From Dehalococcoidia bacterium (GTDB taxonomy: Bacteria; Chloroflexota; Dehalococcoidia; DSTF01; JACRBR01): a DNA stretch of 53,367 nucleotides. Under the pieces are notes generated by a model, which did not search any database, was not told the DNA's origin, and saw only the letters and a program-made list of their open reading frames with translations. Below, piece by piece: positions 1 through 12,950 of this stretch. Every line of letters starts with the position of its first letter. Positions within the stretch are counted from its first letter, which is position 1. Position numbers and translations under genes: made by a program. The DNA is taken from positions 1-53,367 of the forward strand of contig JBGQBE010000019.1 of the NCBI GenBank assembly GCA_041494685.1, written 5' to 3'.

Positions 1-1
1 C

Positions 2-1222
2 TCAGCCGAGCGCTTCCTGCCGCTTCCATGCGGCCTCCTCTCTCCGGCCGCCAAGGCACGCCCTGACGATGCCGTCCGCGCACGCCTCGATACTGTAGCC
101 CTGGACGATCTTCCGGCTGCGCGCGCCGTATCGCTCGCGCAGGCCCGCATCGGCAACGAGCGTGCACACGGCGCCGGCGAGCGCGTGTACGTCGTCATGC
201 GCCACGGCGAATCCGTTCTCGCCAGACCGCACCAGATCCGCGCCGCAGCCGACCTTGTCGGAAACGACGACCGGCAGCGCGAAGTTCATCGCTTCGTTCA
301 CCACCAGCCCCCAGGTCTCGTGCAACTGCGACGGCAAGACGAAGACGTCCGCCGCGGCGTAGGCGGAGGGCAGCTCGCTCTGGTTCAGGAATCCGGCGAA
401 GCGCACGTCCGGCACGCCCAGGTGCGCGACCAGCGCTTCCGCCTCGTCCCGCAGCGGGCCGTCGCCGGCGATCAGCAGCGTGCATAGCTGCTGGGCGCGC
501 ACCCGCGCGAACGCCTCGATCAGCAGCAGCGGCTGCTTCTTCTCGATCAGCTTGCCGGCGAAGAGCACGACCGGCGCGTCGCCTTCGATGCCGAAGGACG
601 CCCGCACGTCGGCGCGGCGGGGCGCCAGTTCAGCCGCCTTCGCGCGGAAGAACTCGTTGTCCACGCAGTAGCGCGCCGGGTACAGCCGGTCATCCGGCAT
701 GCCGTAGTGTTGGAAGTACGCGCGGTTCCGCTCGCCGATGTAGAGGCCGTGCGCCTGGCTGTAGAGCGCGCGCAGCGCCACCTCCTTGAGCGCGCGCTTG
801 TGCGGGGCGCGGCCGTGGAGCAGCGTCTGCTCGTCGCGGATCAGCACGCGCATGCCGCGCGCCCGCGCGGCGGCGACGGCGAGCCACGTCGTCAGGTGCG
901 CGTAGCCGTGCACCCAGAGCGCGTCGTAGCCGCCGGCGGCGATCTCTCGCACGATGTCGAGGCTGGGCCGGCGCAGGAACGGGCCGGCGATGCCGGTACG
1001 CGCAGCGCTCGGCAGGAAACGCGCGTCGTATCCGTCGAGCAGCGTCGTGTCCCACGCGACCCGCCGGCCGAAGCCGCTGTCGTGGAACTCGCGCGCCGTC
1101 GCGTCGGAGTAGAAGTACACCGTCAGGTCCACCTCGGGCCGCGCCGCGATCTCGCGGTACAGCGGCGCGAAGTACTGGATGGGGTGCGAGACCAGGTGCG
1201 CGAGGCGCAGCGGCGTGCTCAT
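2..1222 (-). CDS. Glycosyltransferase family 4 (GT-B)
   Basis: MSTPLRLAHLVSHPIQY N-terminus; FAGKLIEKK and ETWGLVVNEAM GT4 motifs. ATG at 1222 overlaps the upstream stop (ATGA). Confidence 0.9.
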   Translation of the reverse strand: MSTPLRLAHLVSHPIQYFAPLYREIAARPEVDLTVYFYSDATAREFHDSGFGRRVAWDTTLLDGYDARFLPSAARTGIAGPFLRRPSLDIVREIAAGGYDALWVHGYAHLTTWLAVAAARARGMRVLIRDEQTLLHGRAPHKRALKEVALRALYSQAHGLYIGERNRAYFQHYGMPDDRLYPARYCVDNEFFRAKAAELAPRRADVRASFGIEGDAPVVLFAGKLIEKKQPLLLIEAFARVRAQQLCTLLIAGDGPLRDEAEALVAHLGVPDVRFAGFLNQSELPSAYAAADVFVLPSQLHETWGLVVNEAMNFALPVVVSDKVGCGADLVRSGENGFAVAHDDVHALAGAVCTLVADAGLRERYGARSRKIVQGYSIEACADGIVRACLGGRREEAAWKRQEALG

Positions 1223-2547
1223 GCCGACAGCTCCTCCCGTCCGTGCCACTCTCCGGCTTCGTCTTGTACCGGCGTTTCGACGGGCAGGCCGAGCTGGATG
1301 CGGAAGTTGCGGCGGAACGCCTCCCACGTGAACTCCTCTGAGCGCGCACGCGCCGCCGCTCCCATGCGTTCGCGCAGGGCCGGGTCGTGCTGAAGTTCAT
1401 CGAGCCGCGCCGCGATCGCCTCGGGCGAGCGGAGCGGCACGACGAACCCGTCGATGCCGTCCCGCACGGCATCGGCGCCGGCGTTCGGCGTGACGATCAC
1501 GGGAATACCGCTGGCCATCGCTTCGAGCACGACGAGGGCGGAGCCCTCGATCACGGAGGGCAGCACCAGCACGTCAGCCTTGCGGAAGATGTGCGGCATG
1601 TCCTGCGGGCGCGCTCCGGCGACGCGCTCGAACTCGCCTTCGTACGCCGACAAGCCGCGACCGGAGCCGACGGACGGGCCGGACAGGGTCAACTGGAACT
1701 TCGTGCGGTCAAGCAGCCGCATCGCGTCGAGCGTGTAGGCCACGCCCTTGCGCTGGGTCAGCTGTCCGGCGAAGAGCACGCGCAGCGGCCCATCCGGGCG
1801 CGGCGCTATGCGGGGTCGGAACGCCGCGGTATCGACGCCGTACGGCACCACGCGCACGCGCTGCGTGCCGGCTATGCCGGCGAAGGAGTCCGCCGCGAAG
1901 CGCGAGCCGACGACGATCAGGTCGGCGAGCTGCACCTCGGCGTCGATGCGTTCCCGGTGCTCCGGCGCGAGGCTGGTGCCGCGAATCGTGTCGGCGAAGT
2001 CCGGGCGCAGCGCCGCTTCCTCCGCCAGCAGCCGGTTCGCGTACTCGACGCGCGCGATCGGGTAGTCCAGCACGTTGCGGCCGTAGAGCACCCGTGAGCG
2101 GCGGAACGATTCCAGGCAGCCGCCGTACTGGCCGATGACGGTGCCGCCTGCCTTGAGTTCCGGCGGCATGTGCGCGTCCAGGCTGATGTTGCGGCGCCAG
2201 ATCAGGCGGTAGTCGAGCGAGTGGACGCCGGCGCGCGAGAGCGAGAGCCGAAGCAGCTCCGTCCCCGTCTCCACCAGGCGAGTCTTGCTCGCGAGTTCGG
2301 GCGGCAGCGTGCGGCGGATCACCTGGCGGCCGATCCGCGGCAACGCAAGCAGCCGGCTGTCGGCGTTGGCGGCGTACGGCGTATAGTACGCGCTCAGGCG
2401 GTCGGCGACGGCCAGCGCCATCTGGCGCGTCGTCGGCAGGAAGCCCGGGTCGACCACCACAATCGGCAGCGCCGCGCGGTCGATCAGGCCAGGTGCGCGC
2501 ATGGGCGAGCCCGGCCGGCGCCGCTCTGCGAATCGTCCGTGGCTCAT
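1219..2547 (-). CDS. Glycosyltransferase family 4
   Basis: LFAGQLTQRKG and PSVIEGSALVVLEAMASGIPVI motifs. Start is 2547 (ATGA-coupled) or 2502. Confidence 0.88.
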   Translation of the reverse strand: MSHGRFAERRRPGSPMRAPGLIDRAALPIVVVDPGFLPTTRQMALAVADRLSAYYTPYAANADSRLLALPRIGRQVIRRTLPPELASKTRLVETGTELLRLSLSRAGVHSLDYRLIWRRNISLDAHMPPELKAGGTVIGQYGGCLESFRRSRVLYGRNVLDYPIARVEYANRLLAEEAALRPDFADTIRGTSLAPEHRERIDAEVQLADLIVVGSRFAADSFAGIAGTQRVRVVPYGVDTAAFRPRIAPRPDGPLRVLFAGQLTQRKGVAYTLDAMRLLDRTKFQLTLSGPSVGSGRGLSAYEGEFERVAGARPQDMPHIFRKADVLVLPSVIEGSALVVLEAMASGIPVIVTPNAGADAVRDGIDGFVVPLRSPEAIAARLDELQHDPALRERMGAAARARSEEFTWEAFRRNFRIQLGLPVETPVQDEAGEWHGREELSA

Positions 2548-2596
2548 GACCGCCGCCCCCCGTCGATGAGTCGCTCATGCGACGTCGTCTGTTTCA

Positions 2597-3934
2597 TCAC
2601 AGCGCCACTCCAGCCGCTGCCACGCGAGCCACTTCGGGGTGGAAGGCGCGGCTGCGCCACGCCAGCACGACCAGCACGCCGAGGCTCAGGTACGCCGCCA
2701 CGCCGACCGCCGCCGCGATGCCGACGAGTCCGCCCAGCACGCCGCCCAGCGGCACCACCGCCATGAAGCAAATCCAGTTCGCGCTCTCGGCGATGCTCGT
2801 GAGGCCGGGCCGCCCCACGCCGCGCAGCACGTCCATCGGGAACTGGCGGATGTAGACGGCCACCGCGCCCAGCGCGAGCAGCCGCATGGCCGTCGTCGCG
2901 CCCGCGTAGTCCTGTCCGAAGATCAAGGTGAGCAGCGGATGGGCGCAGACGAACATGACGGCCGACAGCGAGACCACCGCCGCCACTTGCAGCGCGAACG
3001 CCGCCCGCAGTTCCGGCTTCTCGCCCGCCTGGTGCGCCGCGCTCGCCTGCGGGAACACGACCATGCCGATCGACGCCGCCACGAGGCCCGGCGCGGCGAG
3101 GAATGCCGCGGCGGCGACGTAGAGTCCGAGGTCGCGCGAGGTGAGCATGACGGCGATGATCGCCATGTCGACGCCCAGCGACTGCGGCGTCATCCGGCCG
3201 AAGTGCGCGCGCAACCCGTAATGCAGCGCGTCTCTCGCGATGCCGCGTTCAAAGCGGCCGAGGCCATAGCCGCGCCACACGAGGAACAGCGCCAGGAAGT
3301 CGCCGGCAGCGTGGGCGCAGAGGAACGCGACGGCCGCGCTCAGCGGCGACAGGCGCCCGCTCAGCGCCAGGGCGACGAGGCCGGCGCAATAGAGCACCGG
3401 CAGTGTGATCCGCACCAGGTTGAAGGCGCCGAACCGGAGCCGGCCGGCAAGCACGTCGATCGCGACGGCGCCGACGAGGTAGAGCGGGATGAGGGGCGCC
3501 ATGAATAGCGCCTCCTTCATCAACGCCGGCCTCGCCAGGACAAGAGGCATTACGGCGAGGTAGAGCGGCACCAGCACCGCCGCCTGCAGCAGCGAGACGA
3601 CGATCAGTGTCGCGGGGACGTTACGGCGCCGCGCCGGGTTGCCGCTGAGGTACACGGCCGAGAGTTCGACGCCCATGTTGCCGAGCGTGATGACCAGCTG
3701 CGGCCAGAGCAGGATCTGCGCCAGGTCGCCCCGGTGCGCCGGCCCCAACGCGCGCGCCGCGATAGTGCCCGTGACGATGCCCAGCACGGCCCCGGCCCCG
3801 CTGGCGCTCAACGTGCTGGCCAGCTTTGGCAGGAGCGCGCGCATCTCGGGCAGCCAGCCGCGCAGCGCGCCGCTCTCGGCGCGCGCAGCGGCGGCAAACG
3901 GAGCGGAGGAGCGTCCTTCGGCGCGCAGGCTCAT
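2597..3934 (-). CDS. Wzx-type polysaccharide flippase / MOP exporter
   Basis: Many hydrophobic helices; ARALGPAHRG N-terminal flippase motif; LRGVGRPG late motif. ATG at 3934 overlaps the upstream stop. Confidence 0.85.
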   Translation of the reverse strand: MSLRAEGRSSAPFAAAARAESGALRGWLPEMRALLPKLASTLSASGAGAVLGIVTGTIAARALGPAHRGDLAQILLWPQLVITLGNMGVELSAVYLSGNPARRRNVPATLIVVSLLQAAVLVPLYLAVMPLVLARPALMKEALFMAPLIPLYLVGAVAIDVLAGRLRFGAFNLVRITLPVLYCAGLVALALSGRLSPLSAAVAFLCAHAAGDFLALFLVWRGYGLGRFERGIARDALHYGLRAHFGRMTPQSLGVDMAIIAVMLTSRDLGLYVAAAAFLAAPGLVAASIGMVVFPQASAAHQAGEKPELRAAFALQVAAVVSLSAVMFVCAHPLLTLIFGQDYAGATTAMRLLALGAVAVYIRQFPMDVLRGVGRPGLTSIAESANWICFMAVVPLGGVLGGLVGIAAAVGVAAYLSLGVLVVLAWRSRAFHPEVARVAAAGVAL

Positions 3935-4857
3935 GCGGTCAACCTCTCGCGCGCAACGATCGCGCCGGGGCCGCCCGGCCGCGCCTGCTGCTGACCGGCC
4001 TTCGGACGCATCCAGACGGTCATCGAGAACGTCAGCAGGTCCTTCTCGGCGTAGCGGCGCGTCAGAGCGCGCCACTGCGCCGGCTGGCGCCGGCGGAAGC
4101 GCAGCGCCTCCTGTGAGACGCCGAGCACGACGTGCTCCAGGTCGAAGTGCCGCCTGAAGATCGCCAGGTAGTCGTCGTAGCGCAGGCGGCTGAACATGCC
4201 GTTCCGCAACCAGTGGCGCCCCTCCTCCAGTTCGTACGGGAGATCGCGTTCCGTGAGATACCGGTCGAATTCGTCGTCGCTCATGACGAGGTGCTCGTAC
4301 GCGCCGACGTAGTGCGCGCCGGCGTAGGTGTGATAGAGCGGGCCGAAGTTGTGGAACGCGACGCCGCCCGGGCGCAGCACGCGCGCCATCTCGCGCACGA
4401 GCTCTTCGACGCCGTCGACGTGCTCCAGCAGCGCGGTCGACGCGACCAGGTCGAACGACCGATCGGCGAAGCCGAGGTCACGTACGTCCATTCGCGCGAA
4501 CCCGGTCTGCGGGTGCGCACGCCAGGCGTCGCCGTGCGCGAAGAAGTCGGTCGCGACGATCGAGCGGGGCCGTTGCTGCTCCCAGAGCGTCAGTTCGCCG
4601 CCACGGCCGGCGCCCAGCACCAGCACGTCGGCGTCGCGAAGCGGCAGCATGCGCGCGGTACGGCGCAGGTACGCCTCCGGCTCGTTGCCGCGGCCGCCCA
4701 GCCGTACCTCGTCGAACTCCATCCCGGCCAGGTACGGCGCGACGCGCATGTACACGGCGCGGCGGTTGCTCGCCCATGCGATGGCCGGGTACGTGGCACG
4801 CACCGCGCGCACGAGCGCCCCGTTCCGCTTCGCCGCCTGCTTAAGCTGCCGCAGCAC
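3931..4857 (-). CDS. Class I SAM-dependent methyltransferase
   Basis: VLVLGAGRG motif I; FADRSFDLV; LEHV; RVLRPGG. Confidence 0.88.
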   Translation of the reverse strand: MLRQLKQAAKRNGALVRAVRATYPAIAWASNRRAVYMRVAPYLAGMEFDEVRLGGRGNEPEAYLRRTARMLPLRDADVLVLGAGRGGELTLWEQQRPRSIVATDFFAHGDAWRAHPQTGFARMDVRDLGFADRSFDLVASTALLEHVDGVEELVREMARVLRPGGVAFHNFGPLYHTYAGAHYVGAYEHLVMSDDEFDRYLTERDLPYELEEGRHWLRNGMFSRLRYDDYLAIFRRHFDLEHVVLGVSQEALRFRRRQPAQWRALTRRYAEKDLLTFSMTVWMRPKAGQQQARPGGPGAIVARERLTA

Positions 4858-6022
4858 CGCTCACCTTCCCTTCGGTGCGCCCGCCCAGCAGCGGCCGAAA
4901 CACCCGCGCGTCGCGTTCCTCGCCGTACGTCTGCCACGTGCGCGCCGCCGCCGTCTCGCGCGCGGCCGCGCCCATGCGCCGCCGCAGCGAGGCGTCCCCT
5001 AGCAAGGTTCCGATGCGCTCCGAGAGCGCCGTTATGTCGCGTGCAGGTACGACGTAGCCGTTCTCGCCTTCCCGGACCACCTCTGCGCTGCCCGCGTTCG
5101 CGGAGATAACGACCGGCACGCCGGCCGCCATCGCCTCCAGCGTCACGAGACCGAAGCCATCTTCCACCGACGGCAACACGAACACGTCCGCCGCCGCGTA
5201 CTCGGCCGCCAGGGCGGCGCCGGTCCTCACGCCGGCCGCCTCCACGCGCGGCGGCAGCCCGCCCAGGCGCGCGAACAGCGGCGCGTTCTCACGCCCGACG
5301 AGGCGCAGCGTGGCGTCCGTGTCGATGCGGCGAAACGCATCGAGCAGGTACGGGATCCCCTTGCGGAGCGAACAGCCCCCGACGAACAGCACGCGCAGCG
5401 GCCCGTCGCGCTCCGTGCTCGTCATCGGCGCGGCCTCGACGCCGTACGGGATGACGTGGATCTTCGCGGCCGCTACGCCTTGCCGCGTGAACGTGTCGCG
5501 CACGAACGACGAGGTAACGATGATCGCGTCGGCTTCGTCGTACTCGGCGAGCGTGCGGTGAACGACGGCGCGGGGGAACGCCGAGCGCTCCACGTCGGCG
5601 CCGAAGCGGGCGTACTCCTCCTCGATCAGTTCGCGCTGGGCCAGCAGGTGCGCGGACGCGACTTCGAGCACGGCGGGAATGCCCCGCCGGTGCGCGGCGC
5701 GGATCGTGCGGAGCGCCGTACTGCACCACGGGTTCACGATGTCCGCGTCGCCGATCAGCCGCGACGCGGCTTCATCGAACGCGGCGCTGAACGCCGCCTG
5801 GTGCCACGACTGCAGGACGCGCGGGCCCCAGTGCTGGAATGCGTAGTTCCACGCGCCCAGCGGAGTCAGCGCGGTCATGCGCTGCGCGGCGACGCCGAAG
5901 CGGCGCGCACGCGCAAGCGGCACGGGCGAGATGATCGTCTCCAGTTCGCCGCGCGCGTCGTGGTAGCGCGCGGCGGCGAAGGCAGCGGGGAACTTCGCGG
6001 GGGTCGTGATGGTGATCTTCAC
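4841..6022 (-). CDS. Glycosyltransferase family 4
   Basis: LFVGGCSLRKG and PSVEDGFGLVTLEAMAAGVPV motifs. GTG at 6022 overlaps the upstream TGA. Confidence 0.9.
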   Translation of the reverse strand: MKITITTPAKFPAAFAAARYHDARGELETIISPVPLARARRFGVAAQRMTALTPLGAWNYAFQHWGPRVLQSWHQAAFSAAFDEAASRLIGDADIVNPWCSTALRTIRAAHRRGIPAVLEVASAHLLAQRELIEEEYARFGADVERSAFPRAVVHRTLAEYDEADAIIVTSSFVRDTFTRQGVAAAKIHVIPYGVEAAPMTSTERDGPLRVLFVGGCSLRKGIPYLLDAFRRIDTDATLRLVGRENAPLFARLGGLPPRVEAAGVRTGAALAAEYAAADVFVLPSVEDGFGLVTLEAMAAGVPVVISANAGSAEVVREGENGYVVPARDITALSERIGTLLGDASLRRRMGAAARETAAARTWQTYGEERDARVFRPLLGGRTEGKVSGAAAA

Positions 6023-6990
6023 GCCGCCTCCCGCCTGCGCCACAATTCACGCAGGCTGCGCGCCTCGCCCGTGCGCGACGCCACCACCAACACGTGCTCG
6101 GCGAACCAGAACGCCGGCACGTCGGCAAGTCCGCGGGGGGAACGCCGCGCCGCGCGGACCGCGAGCACCATGTTCGGCACGACGAGAAGCGCCGTGACCA
6201 GAGACTTCCCCCAGGCCAGCACGCGCCGCAGTGTCACCAGCGGCAACGGCATCTTCTTGAGTGCATGCTCTATGTACGGCACGGCGCGGCCGCGGCCGTG
6301 CATCTGCTGCCAGAAGCCGCCCAGCGAGTCCGGCACCCGGTGCGCCACGACGATCGAGTAGTCGACCTTCCAGCGGTAGCCCGCGCGGAGCAGGCGGTCG
6401 ACGAACTCCACGTCCTCGCCGCCCGCGCCGGGGATCTCCTCGGGAAACGCGGCCGCGAGGGCGGCTTCGCGGCGGCAGGAGAATCCTTCGGACCAGCCGA
6501 CGGTCGTCTCGCCGTAGTACAGGTGGTGGAGCGCGTCGATGTACCGGCCGGGGACGACGTCGATGTTCTGCACGCGCGACTCCACCGACACGAGGTCGAT
6601 GCCCTGCTGGTAGAGGGGCGCCAGGCGAGCGATGAAGTCCGGCGGCAGCAGCACGTCGGCGTTGAGGATCACGACCACATCGCCCGTGCAGGCGCGGATG
6701 CCCGCGTTGCGCGCGGCGGAGACGCCGCGGCGGCGTCCCTCCTCGATCACCTGCACGCGCGGGTCCTCGGCGTGGCGCCGCAGCACCGACAGGGTCTCGT
6801 CCTTCGACCCGCCGTCCACGACGACCACATCGACGAAGGGCACGGTCTGCGCCAGCACGTGCGCCAGGGTGTCGCCGATGTCGCCTGCCTCGTTGTACGT
6901 CGGAATGACGACGGAGAACGTGAGCCGCCGCGCTGCCTCGGCCGCGCCGCCCGCTTCGTCCTCCGCGAACGAGTCTCGCGCCACGCTCAC
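6019..6990 (-). CDS. Glycosyltransferase family 2
   Basis: SVVIPTYNE, VVDGGSKD, ARNAGI and LNAD motifs; C-terminal hydrophobic segments; GTGA overlap at the start. Confidence 0.9.
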   Translation of the reverse strand: MSVARDSFAEDEAGGAAEAARRLTFSVVIPTYNEAGDIGDTLAHVLAQTVPFVDVVVVDGGSKDETLSVLRRHAEDPRVQVIEEGRRRGVSAARNAGIRACTGDVVVILNADVLLPPDFIARLAPLYQQGIDLVSVESRVQNIDVVPGRYIDALHHLYYGETTVGWSEGFSCRREAALAAAFPEEIPGAGGEDVEFVDRLLRAGYRWKVDYSIVVAHRVPDSLGGFWQQMHGRGRAVPYIEHALKKMPLPLVTLRRVLAWGKSLVTALLVVPNMVLAVRAARRSPRGLADVPAFWFAEHVLVVASRTGEARSLRELWRRREAA

Positions 6991-7943
6991 ACAGCCTCCG
7001 CGAGCATCGCTTCGAAGCGCTGCGAGCAGTAGTACGCCGAGGTTCGGCGCAGGCCCTCCAGCAGCGGCACTTGCGGGTGCCACCCGTAGCGCTCGCCCAT
7101 GCGCGAGATGTCCGGGCGGCGGCGCGACGGGTCGTCGGCCGCGGCGGGCACGAAGACGATGTTGCCGTCGCCGCCGGTCGCCTCGGCGACCAGGCGTGCG
7201 AGGTCCAGCATGTTCACTTCGTGCGGGTTGCCGATGTTGAAGACCTCGCCGTCGGCCTCGCGGTCAAACGCCAGGTGCAGGAGCCCATGGACCAGGTCCG
7301 AGACATAGCAGAATGAGCGCGTCTGCGTACCATCACCCTGGATCGGGATCGGCGCGCCGGCGAGCGACGCGTTGATGAACGCAGGGACCGCGCGCCCGTC
7401 CCCGGCGTCCATGCGCGGGCCGTACGTGTTGAAGATGCGCGCGAGCGACGCGTTCACACCGTGCTTGCGCCGGTACTCGAACGTGAGCGCCTCGCCGTAG
7501 CGCTTCGACTCGTCGTAGCACGAGCGCGGGCCGTTGGGGTTCACGTTGCCCCAGTAGCTCTCCGTCTGCGGGTGCTCCAGCGGGTCGCCGTACACCTCCG
7601 ACGTCGAGGCGAAGATGAAGCGCGCGCCGACGTCCGACGCGATCGCCAGCAGGCGGTGCGTGCCGGCGGAGTTCGCCAGCATCGTCTCGATGGAGAAGCG
7701 CCGGTACTGGATCGGGCTCGCGGGCGAGGCCAGGTGCAGCACGACGTCGACGCGCATCAGCGGCGCGCGGACCACGTCCTCGCGCAGGAAGTTGAACCGC
7801 GGGTGGTCCTCCAGGTCGGCGATGCTGTCGAACTGCCCGGTGAGCATGTTGTCCAGGCAGATCACCTCATGCCCGCGGCGAAGCAGCTCTTCGCACACGT
7901 GACTGCCGATGAAGCCCGCTCCGCCCGCAACCAGTACTCGCAT
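6987..7943 (-). CDS. UDP-glucuronate decarboxylase (UDP-xylose synthase)-like NAD-dependent epimerase/dehydratase
   Basis: GGAGFIGSH; HLASPASP; STSEVYGDP; YWGNVNPNGPRSCYDESKR. Confidence 0.9.
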   Translation of the reverse strand: MRVLVAGGAGFIGSHVCEELLRRGHEVICLDNMLTGQFDSIADLEDHPRFNFLREDVVRAPLMRVDVVLHLASPASPIQYRRFSIETMLANSAGTHRLLAIASDVGARFIFASTSEVYGDPLEHPQTESYWGNVNPNGPRSCYDESKRYGEALTFEYRRKHGVNASLARIFNTYGPRMDAGDGRAVPAFINASLAGAPIPIQGDGTQTRSFCYVSDLVHGLLHLAFDREADGEVFNIGNPHEVNMLDLARLVAEATGGDGNIVFVPAAADDPSRRRPDISRMGERYGWHPQVPLLEGLRRTSAYYCSQRFEAMLAEAV

Positions 7944-8414
7944 GACATTCCCCTGTTCTGTTTCTGCATGTGACGCCAACCGCGGCGCCCGAATCGTCGA
8001 TGCGTCAGCGTGCGGCCGTACGCCAGGCCGCGACGCGGGCTTCGGCGGGCCACGGTCCGGTGTCACGCGTGCAACGCACGTGCCGGTCGCGCGCCGGCGT
8101 GAAGGAACCTGTGATGGCGGGGACGGACAGTCTGGGAACGGTGGCGCGGACGCGCGTTGCGACGCGCCGCACGGCGACGGCGATCGTCGTGCGGAGCACG
8201 AGGAGCCGCCTCGGAAGACGGAGGACTGAGGTGAATCGTGCCGCTTCCATGCGCCATCCCTTCCCTTGCCGCCTTGCTCCGGGAGACGGCCTTCGCCGCC
8301 CATATGCGGCGGCGAAGAACGATGGAATTATCAATTCCAGACGGCAGGCTCAACCATAGGGGTTTCCCCCCGTTATTGAATCTGACGCGGCGGCGCGCGC
8401 CGCCCCGGCCGAAT

Positions 8415-10800
<2,386 letters not shown>

Positions 10801-10801
<1 letters not shown>

Positions 10802-11559
10802 CACTCACCGTCCAGTTTCAGCAGCGGCTTCACCGTCCGCAGCATGTAGCCGGCGTCGTGCAGCAGCGAGACGCGCGGCGCGTACGAGGCCTCGAGTTCC
10901 ATGCGTTCCCGCGGCGAGAGGCCCTTGCGGCCGCGGATCTGGAACGGGCCGGTGAGTCCCGGCTTCACGGCATGGATCCGCTCCGCCAGCTCCGGATCAA
11001 GCGTCTCGCGCGGGAGGTACGGCCGCGGCCCGACGATGCTCATCTCTCCGCAGAGGACGTTCCAGAACTGGGGCAGCTCATCGAGGCTGGTCTTGCGCAG
11101 GATGCGGCCGATCGCCGTGACGCGCGGGTCCTTCTCAAGCTTCCACTCGGTCGAGAGCGCGATCGCCAGGTGCGGGTGCGTCTCTTTCCAGCGCTCGTAC
11201 TGGGCGTCGGCGTCGGCGACCATCGTGCGAAACTTCCACATGAAGAAGCGGCGGCCGTCCTTGCCGATGCGCTCCGAGCCGTAGAAGATCGGCTGTCCCG
11301 AGGTGGCGACGATGATGAACGAGATCGCCGCGATCAGCGGCATCAGCACGGCGAAGAGCAGCGTGCCCAGGACTAAGTCGGCGGGGCGCTTGAAGCGGCG
11401 TTCGTAGAAGCCGCGTGTGTGCTGCGCACACGGCGGCGCCGTGGGCCCCGCCGCCGGTGCGGCGTGCGGGAACGCGACGACCTTGCCGTCGGCCGCGTGC
11501 GTGCTCGCGATCGGTGTCACGGTGCCCTGTGGAACGTCCGATGCCTGCCCCGCGGCCAC
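10801..11559 (-). CDS. Priming sugar transferase (WcaJ/WbaP C-terminal bacterial sugar transferase domain)
   Basis: KFRTM; DPRVT; RKTSLDELPQFWNVLCGEMSIVGPRP; KPGLTG. AAGGAGG RBS before the GTG. Confidence 0.92.
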
Positions 11560-11732
11560 GAAGCGCCTCCTTGCTGCGATGCGACAGAGGACCGCCGGCC
11601 GCGCCCGCCCGGTGATCCACAGCGATAGTGGGCAAAAACCCGGAAAAACGTGAGTGGGGCTTCCCTGATTCGGATCGGCCGCGTCCCTGAGTGCGCGTTC
11701 GCGCCGGGCGGGCGCGCGGAGTACGATCGGGC

Positions 11733-12203
11733 ATGAGCCAACGATTCGCAGACCCCGGCCTGGACTTCCTCTTCGAAGCGCAGATCGAGCTGGAGGCGCC
11801 GCAGCGGCTCGGCGCGACGCCGTTGGGCGGGCGCGCCGTCTACATCGTCGCGAGCGGCACGTTCGAGGGTCCGCGGATGCGCGGCATCGTCCTGCCGGGC
11901 GGCGGCGACTGGTTCCTCACGCGCGCCAACGGCATCGGCGAACTGGACGTGCGCGCCACGTTGCGCACGGACGACGGCGCGCTGATCCTCATGACCTACC
12001 ACGGCGTGCTCGACGCGTCTCCCGGCGTCGTGGAGCGCGTCTTCGCGGGCGAGGACGTGGACCCGGCGGAGTACTACTTCCGCACGGTGCCGCGATTCGA
12101 GACGGGCGACGAGCGATACGGGTGGCTGAACAGCCGCGTAGCGATCGCCAGCGGGCGGTTCGCTCCCGGCAGCGTCGCCTATCGTGCCTACCTTGTGAGC
12201 TGA
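11733..12203 (+). CDS. DUF3237 (UPF0311) family protein
   Basis: GTFEGPRMRGIVLPGGGDW; LDVRATLRTDDGALI; YFRTVPRFETGDERYGWLN. Confidence 0.88.
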   Translation: MSQRFADPGLDFLFEAQIELEAPQRLGATPLGGRAVYIVASGTFEGPRMRGIVLPGGGDWFLTRANGIGELDVRATLRTDDGALILMTYHGVLDASPGVVERVFAGEDVDPAEYYFRTVPRFETGDERYGWLNSRVAIASGRFAPGSVAYRAYLVS

Positions 12204-12210
12204 AGTACCG

Positions 12211-12912
12211 TCAGGCGGTGACCGCGACGGCGGACTCGATCATCGAACGGAAGATGACGAGGCCGTCGGTGCCGCCCATCAGCGCTTCGCCGCAGCGCTC
12301 CGGGTGCGGCATCATCCCCAGCACGTTGCCGCGTTCGTTGATGATGCCCGCGATGTTGTGCAGCGACCCGTTGGGGTTCGCCTCCGGCGTCGCCTCGCCG
12401 CCCGGCGTCACGTAGCGGAAGATCACCCGCCGCTCCGCCTCCAGCCGCTCGATCGTGGCGGCGTCGGCGTAGTAGTTGCCTTCGCCGTGCGAGATCGGCA
12501 CCATCAGCACCTGCCCCTCGCGGCCCGCGCGCGTGAACATCGTGTCCGCGTTCTCGATGCGGAGGTGCGTGGGCACGCAGCGGAACTGCAGGCTGTCGTT
12601 GCGCATCAGGGCGCCCGGCAGCAGGTGCGACTCGCACAGGATCTGGAAGCCGTTGCAGATGCCGATCACCGGCTTGCCGCGCTCGGCGTGCCGCACCACC
12701 GCCTCCATCACGGGCGAGAAGCGGGCGATCGCGCCCGTGCGCAGGTGGTCGCCGTAGGAGAAGCCACCGGGGATGACCACGGCGTCGTAGCCGTCGAGAT
12801 TCGAATCGCGGTGCCAGACGAGGTCGGCGCGCTGGCCAAGCTCGTGCGCCAGCACGTACTGGCAGTCGCGCTCGGACCAGGTGCCGGGGAAGACGAGTAC
12901 GGCGAACTTCAT
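12211..12912 (-). CDS. purQ: Phosphoribosylformylglycinamidine synthase glutaminase subunit
   Basis: AVLVFPG; PGGFSYGD; GICNGFQIL (catalytic Cys); NPNGS; GMMPHPER. Confidence 0.97.
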   Translation of the reverse strand: MKFAVLVFPGTWSERDCQYVLAHELGQRADLVWHRDSNLDGYDAVVIPGGFSYGDHLRTGAIARFSPVMEAVVRHAERGKPVIGICNGFQILCESHLLPGALMRNDSLQFRCVPTHLRIENADTMFTRAGREGQVLMVPISHGEGNYYADAATIERLEAERRVIFRYVTPGGEATPEANPNGSLHNIAGIINERGNVLGMMPHPERCGEALMGGTDGLVIFRSMIESAVAVTA

Positions 12913-12950
12913 ATCTGGCGACAGTATACCGGGCGCCCGAAACGCGCCCG

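Noticed and set aside
7944..8414. c-di-GMP or other riboswitch in the polysaccharide-cluster gap
   Set aside because: I could not match a known aptamer consensus by eye; an Infernal/Rfam scan would decide.
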